Source: an uncultured virus (IMG/VR IMGVR_UViG_3300033144_007571)
Lineage: Duplodnaviria > Heunggongvirae > Uroviricota > Caudoviricetes
IMG/VR virus record: IMGVR_UViG_3300033144_007571
Direction: 5' to 3' (one strand)
DNA length: 64,000 bases
Shown: in pieces, positions 9,487-18,733 of the stretch
How positions within the stretch are numbered: position 1 is the stretch's first letter
How the letters are laid out: each line of letters starts with the position of its first letter
The notes under the pieces: model-generated
What the model was told of the DNA's origin: nothing
Databases searched by the model: none
The model's input: only the letters and a program-made list of their open reading frames with translations
Position numbers and translations under genes: made by a program

Positions 9487-10070
9487 TATTGTCTCCTTAC
9501 ATCCACATGAGCTTTTGTTACCATCATTATGCACCATGCTATAGCAAAAACTGGTATGAGAGCTTTAATAGCAGGCATAGCAAGTGATAGTGGTGATACA
9601 AGTATTGGTACTAACACCATTGTCATTATAGTTGCTAAAGCAGATATTAAAATTATAGCAATGATAATACCACCAACTTCTTTGCTGGTCTTGCTAGCTA
9701 TGATATTCCACAGTCTTTTAGCTATTTTATTTAATCTTTCTCTAACTTTGGGATGTTGTTCTGCTACAGATTTAATAGATGAATAAGATAATGCTAGTAT
9801 TTTCTTTGATTTTGTTTCATCGCTTTTTATAATATTACTTGCTTGTTTATAGTATTTTTTAAAATTTTCATCTTTTTTCATAGAAGCATTTTTTATTTCA
9901 TCAAATGATACCTGAGGAATATCTTTTAGGGCTTGTAATATTTTAAACTTACTTTTAGATTTTGCTGCCGCTTTTAATTTCTCCACATCTAGTTTTTTAA
10001 TAGCAGTTTTAATATCTTCTGTTAGATATATAAAATCTAATTGCTCATTTAAATACTCTACACGAGTCAT
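9486..10070 (-). CDS. Paralog-family membrane protein
   Basis: MTRVEYLNEQLDFIYLTED; 2 TM helices. Confidence 0.7.
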   Translation of the reverse strand: MTRVEYLNEQLDFIYLTEDIKTAIKKLDVEKLKAAAKSKSKFKILQALKDIPQVSFDEIKNASMKKDENFKKYYKQASNIIKSDETKSKKILALSYSSIKSVAEQHPKVRERLNKIAKRLWNIIASKTSKEVGGIIIAIILISALATIMTMVLVPILVSPLSLAMPAIKALIPVFAIAWCIMMVTKAHVDVRRQ

Positions 10071-10085
10071 TTTTTTATCTCCATT

Positions 10086-10643
10086 TTAATATCCAGGTTG
10101 TCGAAGAGTCCTTGAAGTTACCCACAGTACTCCAAGGAGTAAAATAACCATACGTTTAATGCCCCACACTGATGTTAGTGGTTCTGGTGCTAAAAGGGAG
10201 GATATAAAAATTATAGAAGGTACAATGATCCCTAGAATTACAACAATCCCAACTGCTGTTTTACCAGGATTCTTTTTCATGTACTCCCATAATTTGGCAG
10301 CTTGTTTGGCTAGGTAACTTCCTCCTTTAGGAATTAGTCCTGCTAAAGATTTAAGAGCTGCATAAGCCGATGCCATAGTTTTTTGTTTAGGGAGATCATC
10401 TCCTTTCATTAGATTTTTGGCATCATTATAATGTTTCTTAAACTCACTACTTTTCACCATATTTTTTATTTCATCTGGACTTTTTTGTGGTGCCCCTTTT
10501 AGAGCTTGATCTAATTGTTGCTTATTTTTAGAAGATGCAGCTTTTTTTAATTTCTCTATATTATCTTGTTTCATTACAGTTTTAACATCTTCTATTAGAT
10601 ACATAAGATCTAATTGCTCATTTAAATACTCTACACGCATCAT
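10086..10643 (-). CDS. Paralog-family membrane protein (start revised to MMRVEYLNEQ)
   Basis: GGAGG SD; identity with paralogs begins here. Confidence 0.7.
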   Translation of the reverse strand: MMRVEYLNEQLDLMYLIEDVKTVMKQDNIEKLKKAASSKNKQQLDQALKGAPQKSPDEIKNMVKSSEFKKHYNDAKNLMKGDDLPKQKTMASAYAALKSLAGLIPKGGSYLAKQAAKLWEYMKKNPGKTAVGIVVILGIIVPSIIFISSLLAPEPLTSVWGIKRMVILLLGVLWVTSRTLRQPGY

Positions 10644-10644
10644 T

Positions 10645-11241
10645 TTATAATCCTCCCTCTGCTGCAACCGGGTAATTATCTCTACTCCAGGTACAACTTG
10701 TCTCATTAATTGCAAGTCTATCTGTAATTTTTTCAAGTTCTATCTCATCTAAATATCGGGAATATGTAGTAATAAAACTGTTATATTCTCCTCTAACTAG
10801 ACTAATAGGAATTGTTAAGCTTCCATTGTGAAACTTTTCATGCATACTTTTCAGCAGAGTTATATAACCAACTTTATTTAAAAAATGTAACTCAATAGCT
10901 TCTCTGCCAATATCAAATGTACAGAATTCATCTCCTTTGTCCATTTTCTTATTAACTAGAGCTGTTACTAAAGTGTATAATGATGGGACATGATGATGAA
11001 CTTCTATGGTTACTTCATCCATTGTTTCATGAGTTATCATACAACTATTTATTTGTAGAACATCAATTATGTATTGTCTCCATAATTTATACTCTTGACA
11101 TCTCCTTATCATTGCTTCACAATTTCTAACAAATTTTTTATAAGAAGTTTCACTATCAAAATTCTTTATTCTTAAAGCTAAATTAAACGGATAGTTATCA
11201 CTATATAGTTCTAGATTTTTTACATTGGATTCTACTTTCAT
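10645..11241 (-). CDS. HNH-like conserved phage protein
   Basis: CMIT...IEVHHH...LLKSMHEKFH. Confidence 0.5.
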   Translation of the reverse strand: MKVESNVKNLELYSDNYPFNLALRIKNFDSETSYKKFVRNCEAMIRRCQEYKLWRQYIIDVLQINSCMITHETMDEVTIEVHHHVPSLYTLVTALVNKKMDKGDEFCTFDIGREAIELHFLNKVGYITLLKSMHEKFHNGSLTIPISLVRGEYNSFITTYSRYLDEIELEKITDRLAINETSCTWSRDNYPVAAEGGL

Positions 11242-11242
11242 T

Positions 11243-12901
11243 TTATGACTCCTTTGAAACCCAAACTAAAAATATCAGTAATATAGCAATCACTATTCCA
11301 ACCTTTACTGGTGTTGGTGTTGCTGCTAAAGCTCTTTTGAGAAAAGCCCATCCCGATCCAATAAGTTTAGTAGTACCAATAGCTATATTTGCTGTTTGTG
11401 CTATTGCCACTATTGCAGACATCATTAACAATTGTGCTGCAGATTTTATCCCTTCTTCGATAGTATATTTTCTAATACTTCCTATATACATTTTTAAATT
11501 ACGTTTTGTTTGAAAATCAGGATCAGATGGATTTTGAGTAACAGCTCCCATAGCTAATATACATGCAGAATACTTAGTAAGGTTATCACTAAAATCAGTT
11601 GAATTTTTTATAACTCTTTTTGATAGTTCGAAATTACTATTAAATTGTGCTGAATATTTTCTACAAAAATTTAAAACTTTTGGAACAGGAACCTTAGGAA
11701 CATCTTTTAAAGCGGTCTGCAGTTTTTCAGGATCATTAGTTGAAATTGCTGCTGTTGCTTTTTTAAGTGTTTTACCCAAAGTAACTGGATTGGTCATTTT
11801 TTTTGCAAACGTATCAATTTCTTGTTCTAATAAGTAATCGAATTTTTCCTCTGCTAATTTTTTTACAGGCGAATATTGATATATTTTATTTTGAGCTAAA
11901 GATTCTCCAAATACTCTTTTTTTGTTTGTACTCATACGGAAAATAGGAGAAGACGATCTACGAACATCTTCTAAGTCTTCATAGACTTTATTATGTGATG
12001 CACCAAGTGATGAAAATAAATAACTATACATAACCGTTGAGCATACACCACCAAACTCTTTCATACAGAATGTAGCTCGTTTATTAACATCATCAGCAAG
12101 AATGAAAGAAGACCATCCTAATTTATGTAATCTATTTACTGTTCTTGGACTTGAAAATATATCTGCTTGCTCTAACTCCATTTGATTGAATACAACAATC
12201 AGATTATTTTTATACATAGAAGAAGCCCAAAGAATATCAGTTTTTGGATCTCCAGTTAATACTCTATCTTTCAACATTGGTATTCTTATTTTTCTTGCAA
12301 CCCTAAACATAATTCTGATCATCATTCTGGAATACTTTTTAGTCAAATAGTCCGCAGATTTGGATGCTCTATCTTTTAATAAATGATTTATAAGATTTTC
12401 TGGAGATTTGACTGGGAAGGGAATAGCTTTTATACCAAGAATTTGAAGTCCACTTTTGGCAGTTGAGACTTCAACCCATGTTGGTTCTAGGGATAGAGCG
12501 TTATAATCTCCAGGAACTATCACACTTGAACCTCGTTTTGGGTCTGATAATTGTTTGCCTAATGCTTTTGTTGCTGCTTGTCTACCAGTAGGTTGTTCCC
12601 CAGCAGTTTTTGTTGGACCAGTTGGTTCGCCCATTTGAAATTGCATTTTACCTTGTGGACCTGGAGTAACACCTGCCTGTTCACTAAATGGATTGGCTTC
12701 CTCTTTAATTCTTAACTTACCAGAAGCTAGTTGCATTGTTGCTCCTGCCAGTTCAACGGACTTATTAAACAAAGCATTAGCTGATCTCAGAATTGAGTCC
12801 ATACCATATATGATAGTATATTTTTCTACAGCCTTCATAATTCCAGGGAGGACATTTGCTGAAACGCTTCCTGAAGTTAATATAGGAACGATTAAAATCA
12901 T
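11243..12901 (-). CDS. Putative virion protein; C-terminal part resembles the TM paralog family
   Basis: Internal FDYLLEQE followed by a LQTALKDVPKV core and a hydrophobic C-terminus. Confidence 0.55.
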   Translation of the reverse strand: MILIVPILTSGSVSANVLPGIMKAVEKYTIIYGMDSILRSANALFNKSVELAGATMQLASGKLRIKEEANPFSEQAGVTPGPQGKMQFQMGEPTGPTKTAGEQPTGRQAATKALGKQLSDPKRGSSVIVPGDYNALSLEPTWVEVSTAKSGLQILGIKAIPFPVKSPENLINHLLKDRASKSADYLTKKYSRMMIRIMFRVARKIRIPMLKDRVLTGDPKTDILWASSMYKNNLIVVFNQMELEQADIFSSPRTVNRLHKLGWSSFILADDVNKRATFCMKEFGGVCSTVMYSYLFSSLGASHNKVYEDLEDVRRSSSPIFRMSTNKKRVFGESLAQNKIYQYSPVKKLAEEKFDYLLEQEIDTFAKKMTNPVTLGKTLKKATAAISTNDPEKLQTALKDVPKVPVPKVLNFCRKYSAQFNSNFELSKRVIKNSTDFSDNLTKYSACILAMGAVTQNPSDPDFQTKRNLKMYIGSIRKYTIEEGIKSAAQLLMMSAIVAIAQTANIAIGTTKLIGSGWAFLKRALAATPTPVKVGIVIAILLIFLVWVSKES

Positions 12902-12913
12902 TGGAGTATCTCC

Positions 12914-13846
12914 TTATAATAAAAAGACAGGTTCATTGTCTTTTTTCTTTTCAACTTGTTTTTCATATGGAGGTATAATTGTTTTATATCCATCTTTTTG
13001 ACAGTAATTTTTATAGGGGCAATATTTACAGTGTTCGTTTGTAGCTCCTATAGTTTCTGGAACTTGATTTGCTTCAAGAGCTGTTAGCAAAATTGGTGCT
13101 CTTTCTAGAAATGATTTTGCTATTTTTTCATTTGTTGGTAGTTCAAAGACTCTGATTTTTTTCAGATTTCTTAAAACATATGTTATTGAAATTGTATCAA
13201 TGGGATAATCATATTCATTAATTAAAATCTCTGAATAAATTACTCCCTGATGGTAATGATCCTTTATATATTTATTTTTAAATTTATCTGGATCAATACT
13301 TTTTATTTCATGTAAAGTTGTTGATGTCAAAGCATCAACCCGACCTTTAACTTTATACTTTTCACTAACTATTGTTTTTTCGACCTCTGTAAAATCATAT
13401 AAATCTTGAAATATATCGTGAATTTTGTTTCCAACTTTTTGTATTAAATACAAATAAGAAAAATGATATTGTTTCTTTAGATCGGTTTGGTATCTTTTTC
13501 TAGAGTAATAATTTTGTCTTATACAATTATAAAGCTCACTACATGAAATGTAAGGTCGTTCATAGCTTTGTCGTGTTTTGTGCTCTTCAATTAGCTTTGA
13601 TCTCATAAGAGATTCGAATCTATCTACATCAAAAGCTTTTGTTATGATATGTTTATTAAAATTTACTTGAGGAAGGTCATTAAAATCTTCGATCTTAGCT
13701 TCCTCAAGAAATTTTTTAGTGTCTGATGTTACTTGTTTAGTTACATCCTTTTTTTGCTTAGGTTTTCTAGTTGCACGTTTTTCATTTATATTTTGATTTT
13801 CTAAATACTCTACAAGTTTCGTATATTCATTTGTTATATTCGCCAT
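12914..13846 (-). CDS. PD-(D/E)XK Cas4-like exonuclease
   Basis: CIRQNYY, GNKIH, GRVDAL, EIKS, QGVIY, CKYCPYKNYC. Confidence 0.85.
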   Translation of the reverse strand: MANITNEYTKLVEYLENQNINEKRATRKPKQKKDVTKQVTSDTKKFLEEAKIEDFNDLPQVNFNKHIITKAFDVDRFESLMRSKLIEEHKTRQSYERPYISCSELYNCIRQNYYSRKRYQTDLKKQYHFSYLYLIQKVGNKIHDIFQDLYDFTEVEKTIVSEKYKVKGRVDALTSTTLHEIKSIDPDKFKNKYIKDHYHQGVIYSEILINEYDYPIDTISITYVLRNLKKIRVFELPTNEKIAKSFLERAPILLTALEANQVPETIGATNEHCKYCPYKNYCQKDGYKTIIPPYEKQVEKKKDNEPVFLL

Positions 13847-13894
13847 ATGTTAAATCTTTCGTGCCAAAATTATAGCACATAGATATATTCACCT

Positions 13895-14479
13895 TTACTT
13901 GGATTTTTCATCTTCTGTAAAAAGATCATCATCTTCGTAAAGAAGTTGAATCGCGCTTTCTACTAGATTATCTCGAAGAATTTTATAAGAATCTTCGATG
14001 ATTCGTCCTTCCCATTCATTCAGTTTTTCAGGTTCTTTAGCTTCAGATAAACATTTAACAAGAAGCATATTATCTACAGCTAGACCAAAAGCTTTTTCTC
14101 TAATTTTTGATTCAACTAATTTTGGAATGTCAACATTTTTATCTCTCTCTAATTCTGTTTTAAGAGATTCTTTAATATTGTCTCTTGCTTTTTCAGATAT
14201 CACGATTTTTTGTGATTGTTCTCTAGCAACCTTTGCTGAGCTTCTAGCATTTTTTAGTAAATCAGCCGAATTAATTTTTTCTTCAATTACTTTTGGAGTA
14301 TAATCTACTAGCTTTAGCATCTCAATGTAAACTGACAATAAAGCACCCTTAACTGATAGAAATTCTTCTACAACCAATGGGCAGCAAGTTTCTACCTTAT
14401 TTACTGGTTTTCCAAATAGAACATAGTCAATTCCATAGAAATTTTCCAGTACCCCAATTTTTGACTCTTTTGATAACAT
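13895..14479 (-). CDS. Hypothetical protein
   Basis: 194 aa, AAGGAGG SD. Confidence 0.6.
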   Translation of the reverse strand: MLSKESKIGVLENFYGIDYVLFGKPVNKVETCCPLVVEEFLSVKGALLSVYIEMLKLVDYTPKVIEEKINSADLLKNARSSAKVAREQSQKIVISEKARDNIKESLKTELERDKNVDIPKLVESKIREKAFGLAVDNMLLVKCLSEAKEPEKLNEWEGRIIEDSYKILRDNLVESAIQLLYEDDDLFTEDEKSK

Positions 14480-14496
14480 TTTTTTATTCCTCCTTA

Positions 14497-14784
14497 TTAA
14501 TACGAAAAATCTGAGTTTTCGTCTTCAAGAACTTCTAGTACAACTCTCCTTGAATCATTTGGGAATTGTGTATTTTTGGCAGCTAAGCAAACAACCTTGA
14601 TAGATTCAATTGTTCGTCCATGCTTTCCAATAATTTTTCCACAGTCCGTTTTTTCAACTTTAATTTGAACAATAACAGTTTTGGTTGATACAGATGCAAA
14701 TACTTCTACTTCATCTGGATTGTCGACCAATGGTTTGATTACAACTTCAATATAGTTTTTCAAATAGCTTGACATTCCATTCAT
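14497..14784 (-). CDS. khpA: KH-domain RNA-binding protein, KhpA-like
   Basis: PLVDNPDEVEV...DCGKIIGKHGRTIESI (KH GxxG loop). Confidence 0.85.
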   Translation of the reverse strand: MNGMSSYLKNYIEVVIKPLVDNPDEVEVFASVSTKTVIVQIKVEKTDCGKIIGKHGRTIESIKVVCLAAKNTQFPNDSRRVVLEVLEDENSDFSY

Positions 14785-14822
14785 TGTTTAAATTCTCCTT
14801 TTCAAATAATTAACTCTTTTAG

Positions 14823-14837
14823 TTTATATTTTGTTCT
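14823..14837 (-). promoter_or_regulatory. Motif B, AGAACAAAATATAAA
   Basis: Recurrent intergenic RGAACAWA-nn-ATAAA. Confidence 0.55.
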
Positions 14838-14866
14838 AATTATTTTTAAGTATTAGAAATTATTCT

Positions 14867-16114
14867 TTATAAAATTGTATTGTATTTTTCTACTATATCT
14901 ATTTGAATTGCCTCTTTAACATTCTTATCAAAATGTGTTCTAAACTCTTCATTTTCATTATAAAGAGTCAGCGCATCCTTTGTCCTAAACCTTTTATCTG
15001 GATAAGATACTAGATGACACCATGAAGCAGAGTTCAATCTTTTTGTTTCTTTCAAAAAATTGTAATTGGTCCAGAAATTTGAAAAACCAGTAACAAATGA
15101 ACCAACTAACTCAATTAGCACGTTTGGTTGAAATAGTTTATTTTTGACACACTTCAATGTTACTATGATTCCTTCAAAGCCATATTTTTCTGCCTCTTTA
15201 TCTTTAATTGCAGTTTTTATTTTCATATCAAGTAATTGGAATGCATTGTATTTTAAAACATTTCCTCCTGGCATTACCTTTGAAGCGCTCATAAATTTTA
15301 AGTCTGGAGCTGGAGAATATTGCCCCATTTGTATGTTATCTCTTAATTGATTTACAGCAACTAAACATATATTATTCTGAGCTAATTTAGCTAAATATTT
15401 GGGGATAAGTAGCGAAAGTAATCTCGCTTTATAACCAATAACTGTGTTTGGATCATCTGCCTCCCTCTCTTTTTGAGACAGAGTGTTTGCAATACTATCC
15501 CAAATAACCATAGAGGGTATATCTAATATTTTCTTTTCTCTTTTAAATACAGATAGTCCTTCAAGTAATTGAAATACTTTTTCAACTGTAACGTCGTCAT
15601 ACATTTTTGTAGCTGCTAAATTAACTCCCAAGTTTTTCAATCGAATGGGAGTTGTTGCTTCCTCTGAATCAAGGAAACATCCAATTAATCCTGCTCTTTC
15701 CTTTATCTCTTTAAATTGTCTTTGAGCGTTACCTAAAGACTGAATTGCAAGCATTGTCTTACCACTTCCCGGTTGACCAATAATTATATTCAATGCCCCA
15801 ATTGCGAACCCTCCACCAAGAATAGCATCAAGAATATCTATTCCTGTAGAGACTGTTTCTTTTGTCCCTGTGGCTTCAACTATATCTGCAGCTGTCTCAA
15901 GAAAGGATCCAAATTCAGCTAGCAGCTCCTTAGTTTTTTCTTTATCTTCTGTAATTAAATCATCTCTTGCTTTTCTATTACTTTTATCAACTATTTCTGT
16001 CAAAACCTCATTTACTTGTTCTGGTTCTACCTTAAGTTTAACACTTTCAAAAGCTTCTTTGACATCAATTTCTGGCATTTCTATTACGTTATTTTCAGTT
16101 ACTTCATCATTCAT
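14867..16114 (-). CDS. uvsX: RecA/UvsX-like recombinase
   Basis: STGIDILDAILGGG, GQPGSGKT, LDSE, IWDSIA, VNQLR, PGGNVLKY, VKNK. Confidence 0.9.
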   Translation of the reverse strand: MNDEVTENNVIEMPEIDVKEAFESVKLKVEPEQVNEVLTEIVDKSNRKARDDLITEDKEKTKELLAEFGSFLETAADIVEATGTKETVSTGIDILDAILGGGFAIGALNIIIGQPGSGKTMLAIQSLGNAQRQFKEIKERAGLIGCFLDSEEATTPIRLKNLGVNLAATKMYDDVTVEKVFQLLEGLSVFKREKKILDIPSMVIWDSIANTLSQKEREADDPNTVIGYKARLLSLLIPKYLAKLAQNNICLVAVNQLRDNIQMGQYSPAPDLKFMSASKVMPGGNVLKYNAFQLLDMKIKTAIKDKEAEKYGFEGIIVTLKCVKNKLFQPNVLIELVGSFVTGFSNFWTNYNFLKETKRLNSASWCHLVSYPDKRFRTKDALTLYNENEEFRTHFDKNVKEAIQIDIVEKYNTIL

Positions 16115-16560
16115 TTCCTAGCAACCCCCTTTCTGTCAGTTTTTTTCATTGCTTCTAGTTCTTCTGGTATGATTTCTTTTTCTTTTCTATTCTGGACATG
16201 TTTATCTTTTTCCCTCTGAAATGTAGAGACTTTTGCAGCAAACTTTCTTATATCTAAAAATTTCTCTAATTCTTCTGATGGGTCATCACTTGCACCTATT
16301 TTTCTTCTTATTTCAATTTCATCTTTTACACTCTTAGCTATCTCTTTTCTCATATCAAGAAGAGTACTAAATAAAGCTGTTATAGCTTTTACTTTTTCTT
16401 CAAAGAATCTTGCCATCCTCGCATCGAGAGTTTTGGGAATCAATGTATTAACTGATTCTTTTAGCTCTTCTAAGTCTTTTATCATTGACTTTATTGCTGC
16501 TCTATGATCAACATACTCTTCTAATAACTCTTTAAACCTTTCATCAATTATATCTGACAT
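16111..16560 (-). CDS. Coiled-coil hypothetical protein coupled to uvsX
   Basis: Heptad-rich; ATGA overlap. Confidence 0.6.
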   Translation of the reverse strand: MSDIIDERFKELLEEYVDHRAAIKSMIKDLEELKESVNTLIPKTLDARMARFFEEKVKAITALFSTLLDMRKEIAKSVKDEIEIRRKIGASDDPSEELEKFLDIRKFAAKVSTFQREKDKHVQNRKEKEIIPEELEAMKKTDRKGVARK

Positions 16561-16571
16561 ATCATTTACCT

Positions 16572-16586
16572 TTTATTGTTTGTTCT
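16572..16586 (-). promoter_or_regulatory. Motif B, AGAACAAACAATAAA
   Basis: Recurrent intergenic motif. Confidence 0.55.
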
Positions 16587-16904
16587 TTATTTCCACTCTA
16601 CAACTGTTACTTCACTATCCCAATCAATATCTGAATAAAATTCTCTAAGTCCATTTAACATATCTGTTTGAGTTTCAAATCCGTCTGCATTAAATTGCCA
16701 AGGCCAGACTTGATCTAGAGTTCTATGAGAAACTGCTGTGATTTTTTTCATTGTTGCCCAATTTAATAAATGACATCCAATAAGAACCGGACCATTTGTA
16801 TAGTCTCTATACCCTTCACGAATAGTAATATTTTTCCTTCCTGATAATACATCTTCTTTTGCTTCTTCCCCTGCTATTAAAATAGCTTGTAATGCTCTTT
16901 TCAT
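16587..16904 (-). CDS. ASCH-domain protein (start revised)
   Basis: VLSGRKNITIR, ADGF, VTVVEW. Confidence 0.75.
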   Translation of the reverse strand: MKRALQAILIAGEEAKEDVLSGRKNITIREGYRDYTNGPVLIGCHLLNWATMKKITAVSHRTLDQVWPWQFNADGFETQTDMLNGLREFYSDIDWDSEVTVVEWK

Positions 16905-16914
16905 TTTTTCCTCC

Positions 16915-18720
16915 TTATATTTCACATGATCCTATTGCACAATCTATATCACCTTCTTCAAGTGTTGTTTCGACTTTTTTGTTTGTTTTGAGATGTTCTT
17001 TTGCTTCTTTATCTGTTATTTTATTTAGAATTTGACCAGACCTTGTACCATCTCTATATACAGTTACACCTTTTAAGTCATGAATATATTCAAGAAGTAA
17101 GCCACTAAGTTCATCATATGATGTATCTTTTGGTAAATTAATAGTTTTACTTACAGATGCATCACAATACTTTTGACAAGCAACTTGCATTTCAAAATGA
17201 TCTTTTGGCATTAGATCAAACGTATCGACTAACCAATCAGGCACCTCTTCACCTTTCATAATAATATCCCTATAAAGGGAGTGTATATAAACTCTTTCAC
17301 CAACTCGATCTTTTCTTATCATAGCTTTTGCATATAATGGTTCAATGGCGCTCATATATCTAGTTAGTAGAGATATTGTACCTGTGGGAGCTAAGGCCAT
17401 AAGTGTGCAATTTCTTGTACCATACTTTTTAATATCCATTCTTAATTGAGCTGGAAGCTTTCGTATAAATGATGCTCTTCCATATTCAATTGAATTGAAT
17501 TTAGGAAATGCTCCCTTTTCGATTGCGAGTTCTACAGAAGCTTGATATGCTGAATCTCTTATATGTCTCATTAAATTTTCAGTTTCAGCAACAGCTTTTT
17601 CAGAACCATATCGAGCTTTTTTAGCAAATAGATATTCAGCTAATCCTATAACTCCAATCCCTATTCGTCTTGATTGATGGACTTTAATGTCAATTTCTTT
17701 TAATACATATTTATTTACTTCTATAACATTATCTAAAAATCGTACAGCAAGTTTTATTATATAATCAAGTTTCTTCCAATTTGTATTGACTGTACCTGTG
17801 ATGTAATTAGGTAGCACAATAGAACCAAGATCACATGCTTCATACGGAGATAATGTTGTTTCTCCACATGGGTTTGATCCTGTCACTGGTGAAAAGTAAT
17901 ATGAATTATTTTTTGCAAAATTAGACCAATTGATTAAACCTGGTTCAGCACAATCAATCATATTTTTAACAATTGTATTCCATATATCTCTGGCCTTAAC
18001 TTTTCCGTAGTCCTTCTGCATAAATTTGAATTTCCAATTATTATCTGCTTCAACTGCTTCTAGAAATTCATCATCAACTGAAACTGAAATATTAAAATGA
18101 TTAAGAATACCAACATCAACTTTATCTTTTACAAATTGACGAATTTCTTCTGGAGTGCCTTTTTTTAACCATTTAGATATATTAGGTCTTAATAATTTAG
18201 CATTCATAAAATCAATTATTTCTGGATGTGAAACATCTACATGAGCAATTGCTGCAGCTCTTCTTGATCCACCGCTTTCAATTGTATGTGATACTGAATC
18301 ATGTGCCTCAATAAAACTTACAAGTCCAGATGATACCCCGCCTTTGCCCATAATAGGATCATCTTTTGGTCTTAGAGGAGAGAAATTAACTCCAACACCA
18401 CCACCCTCCGACCAAAGAACAAGAGCATCTTTTAGACACTGACCTATTTCTTCTATTGAATCTCCTATAGGTAAATGATAACAATTGAAAAGAGACCCTC
18501 TTGCTCTTCCTGAATTTCTTAAAATTCTTCCTCCTGGTAAGAAATCCATATTATAAATCATGTCTAAAAATTGTTCTTCTATTTTTTCTCTATTATTTAC
18601 TTCAGCAGCTGCTACAGTGTTAGCTACTCTAGTAGCACATCCTTCCCAGTCTTCTCCATCCATGAAGTATCTATTAGTTGCTATCTGTAACGCATTAGGT
18701 GATAACTCAACTTTTTTCAT
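16915..18720 (-). CDS. nrdJ: Class II (adenosylcobalamin-dependent) ribonucleotide reductase
   Basis: FLPGGRIL, NCY, GGGVG, NPCGE, CDLGS, APTGTIS, SKTIN, KGVTVYRDG, C-terminal CxxxxC; no Tyr-Tyr pair. Confidence 0.9.
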   Translation of the reverse strand: MKKVELSPNALQIATNRYFMDGEDWEGCATRVANTVAAAEVNNREKIEEQFLDMIYNMDFLPGGRILRNSGRARGSLFNCYHLPIGDSIEEIGQCLKDALVLWSEGGGVGVNFSPLRPKDDPIMGKGGVSSGLVSFIEAHDSVSHTIESGGSRRAAAIAHVDVSHPEIIDFMNAKLLRPNISKWLKKGTPEEIRQFVKDKVDVGILNHFNISVSVDDEFLEAVEADNNWKFKFMQKDYGKVKARDIWNTIVKNMIDCAEPGLINWSNFAKNNSYYFSPVTGSNPCGETTLSPYEACDLGSIVLPNYITGTVNTNWKKLDYIIKLAVRFLDNVIEVNKYVLKEIDIKVHQSRRIGIGVIGLAEYLFAKKARYGSEKAVAETENLMRHIRDSAYQASVELAIEKGAFPKFNSIEYGRASFIRKLPAQLRMDIKKYGTRNCTLMALAPTGTISLLTRYMSAIEPLYAKAMIRKDRVGERVYIHSLYRDIIMKGEEVPDWLVDTFDLMPKDHFEMQVACQKYCDASVSKTINLPKDTSYDELSGLLLEYIHDLKGVTVYRDGTRSGQILNKITDKEAKEHLKTNKKVETTLEEGDIDCAIGSCEI

Positions 18721-18733
18721 AAATATTGTCTCC

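Noticed and set aside
12914..13846. CRISPR-Cas system
   Set aside because: Solo Cas4-like nuclease; no repeat-spacer array or other cas genes seen
16915..18720. Intein or intron in nrdJ (short insert near RPNISKWLKKG)
   Set aside because: Insert is only about 20 aa with no splicing motifs; the ORF is continuous
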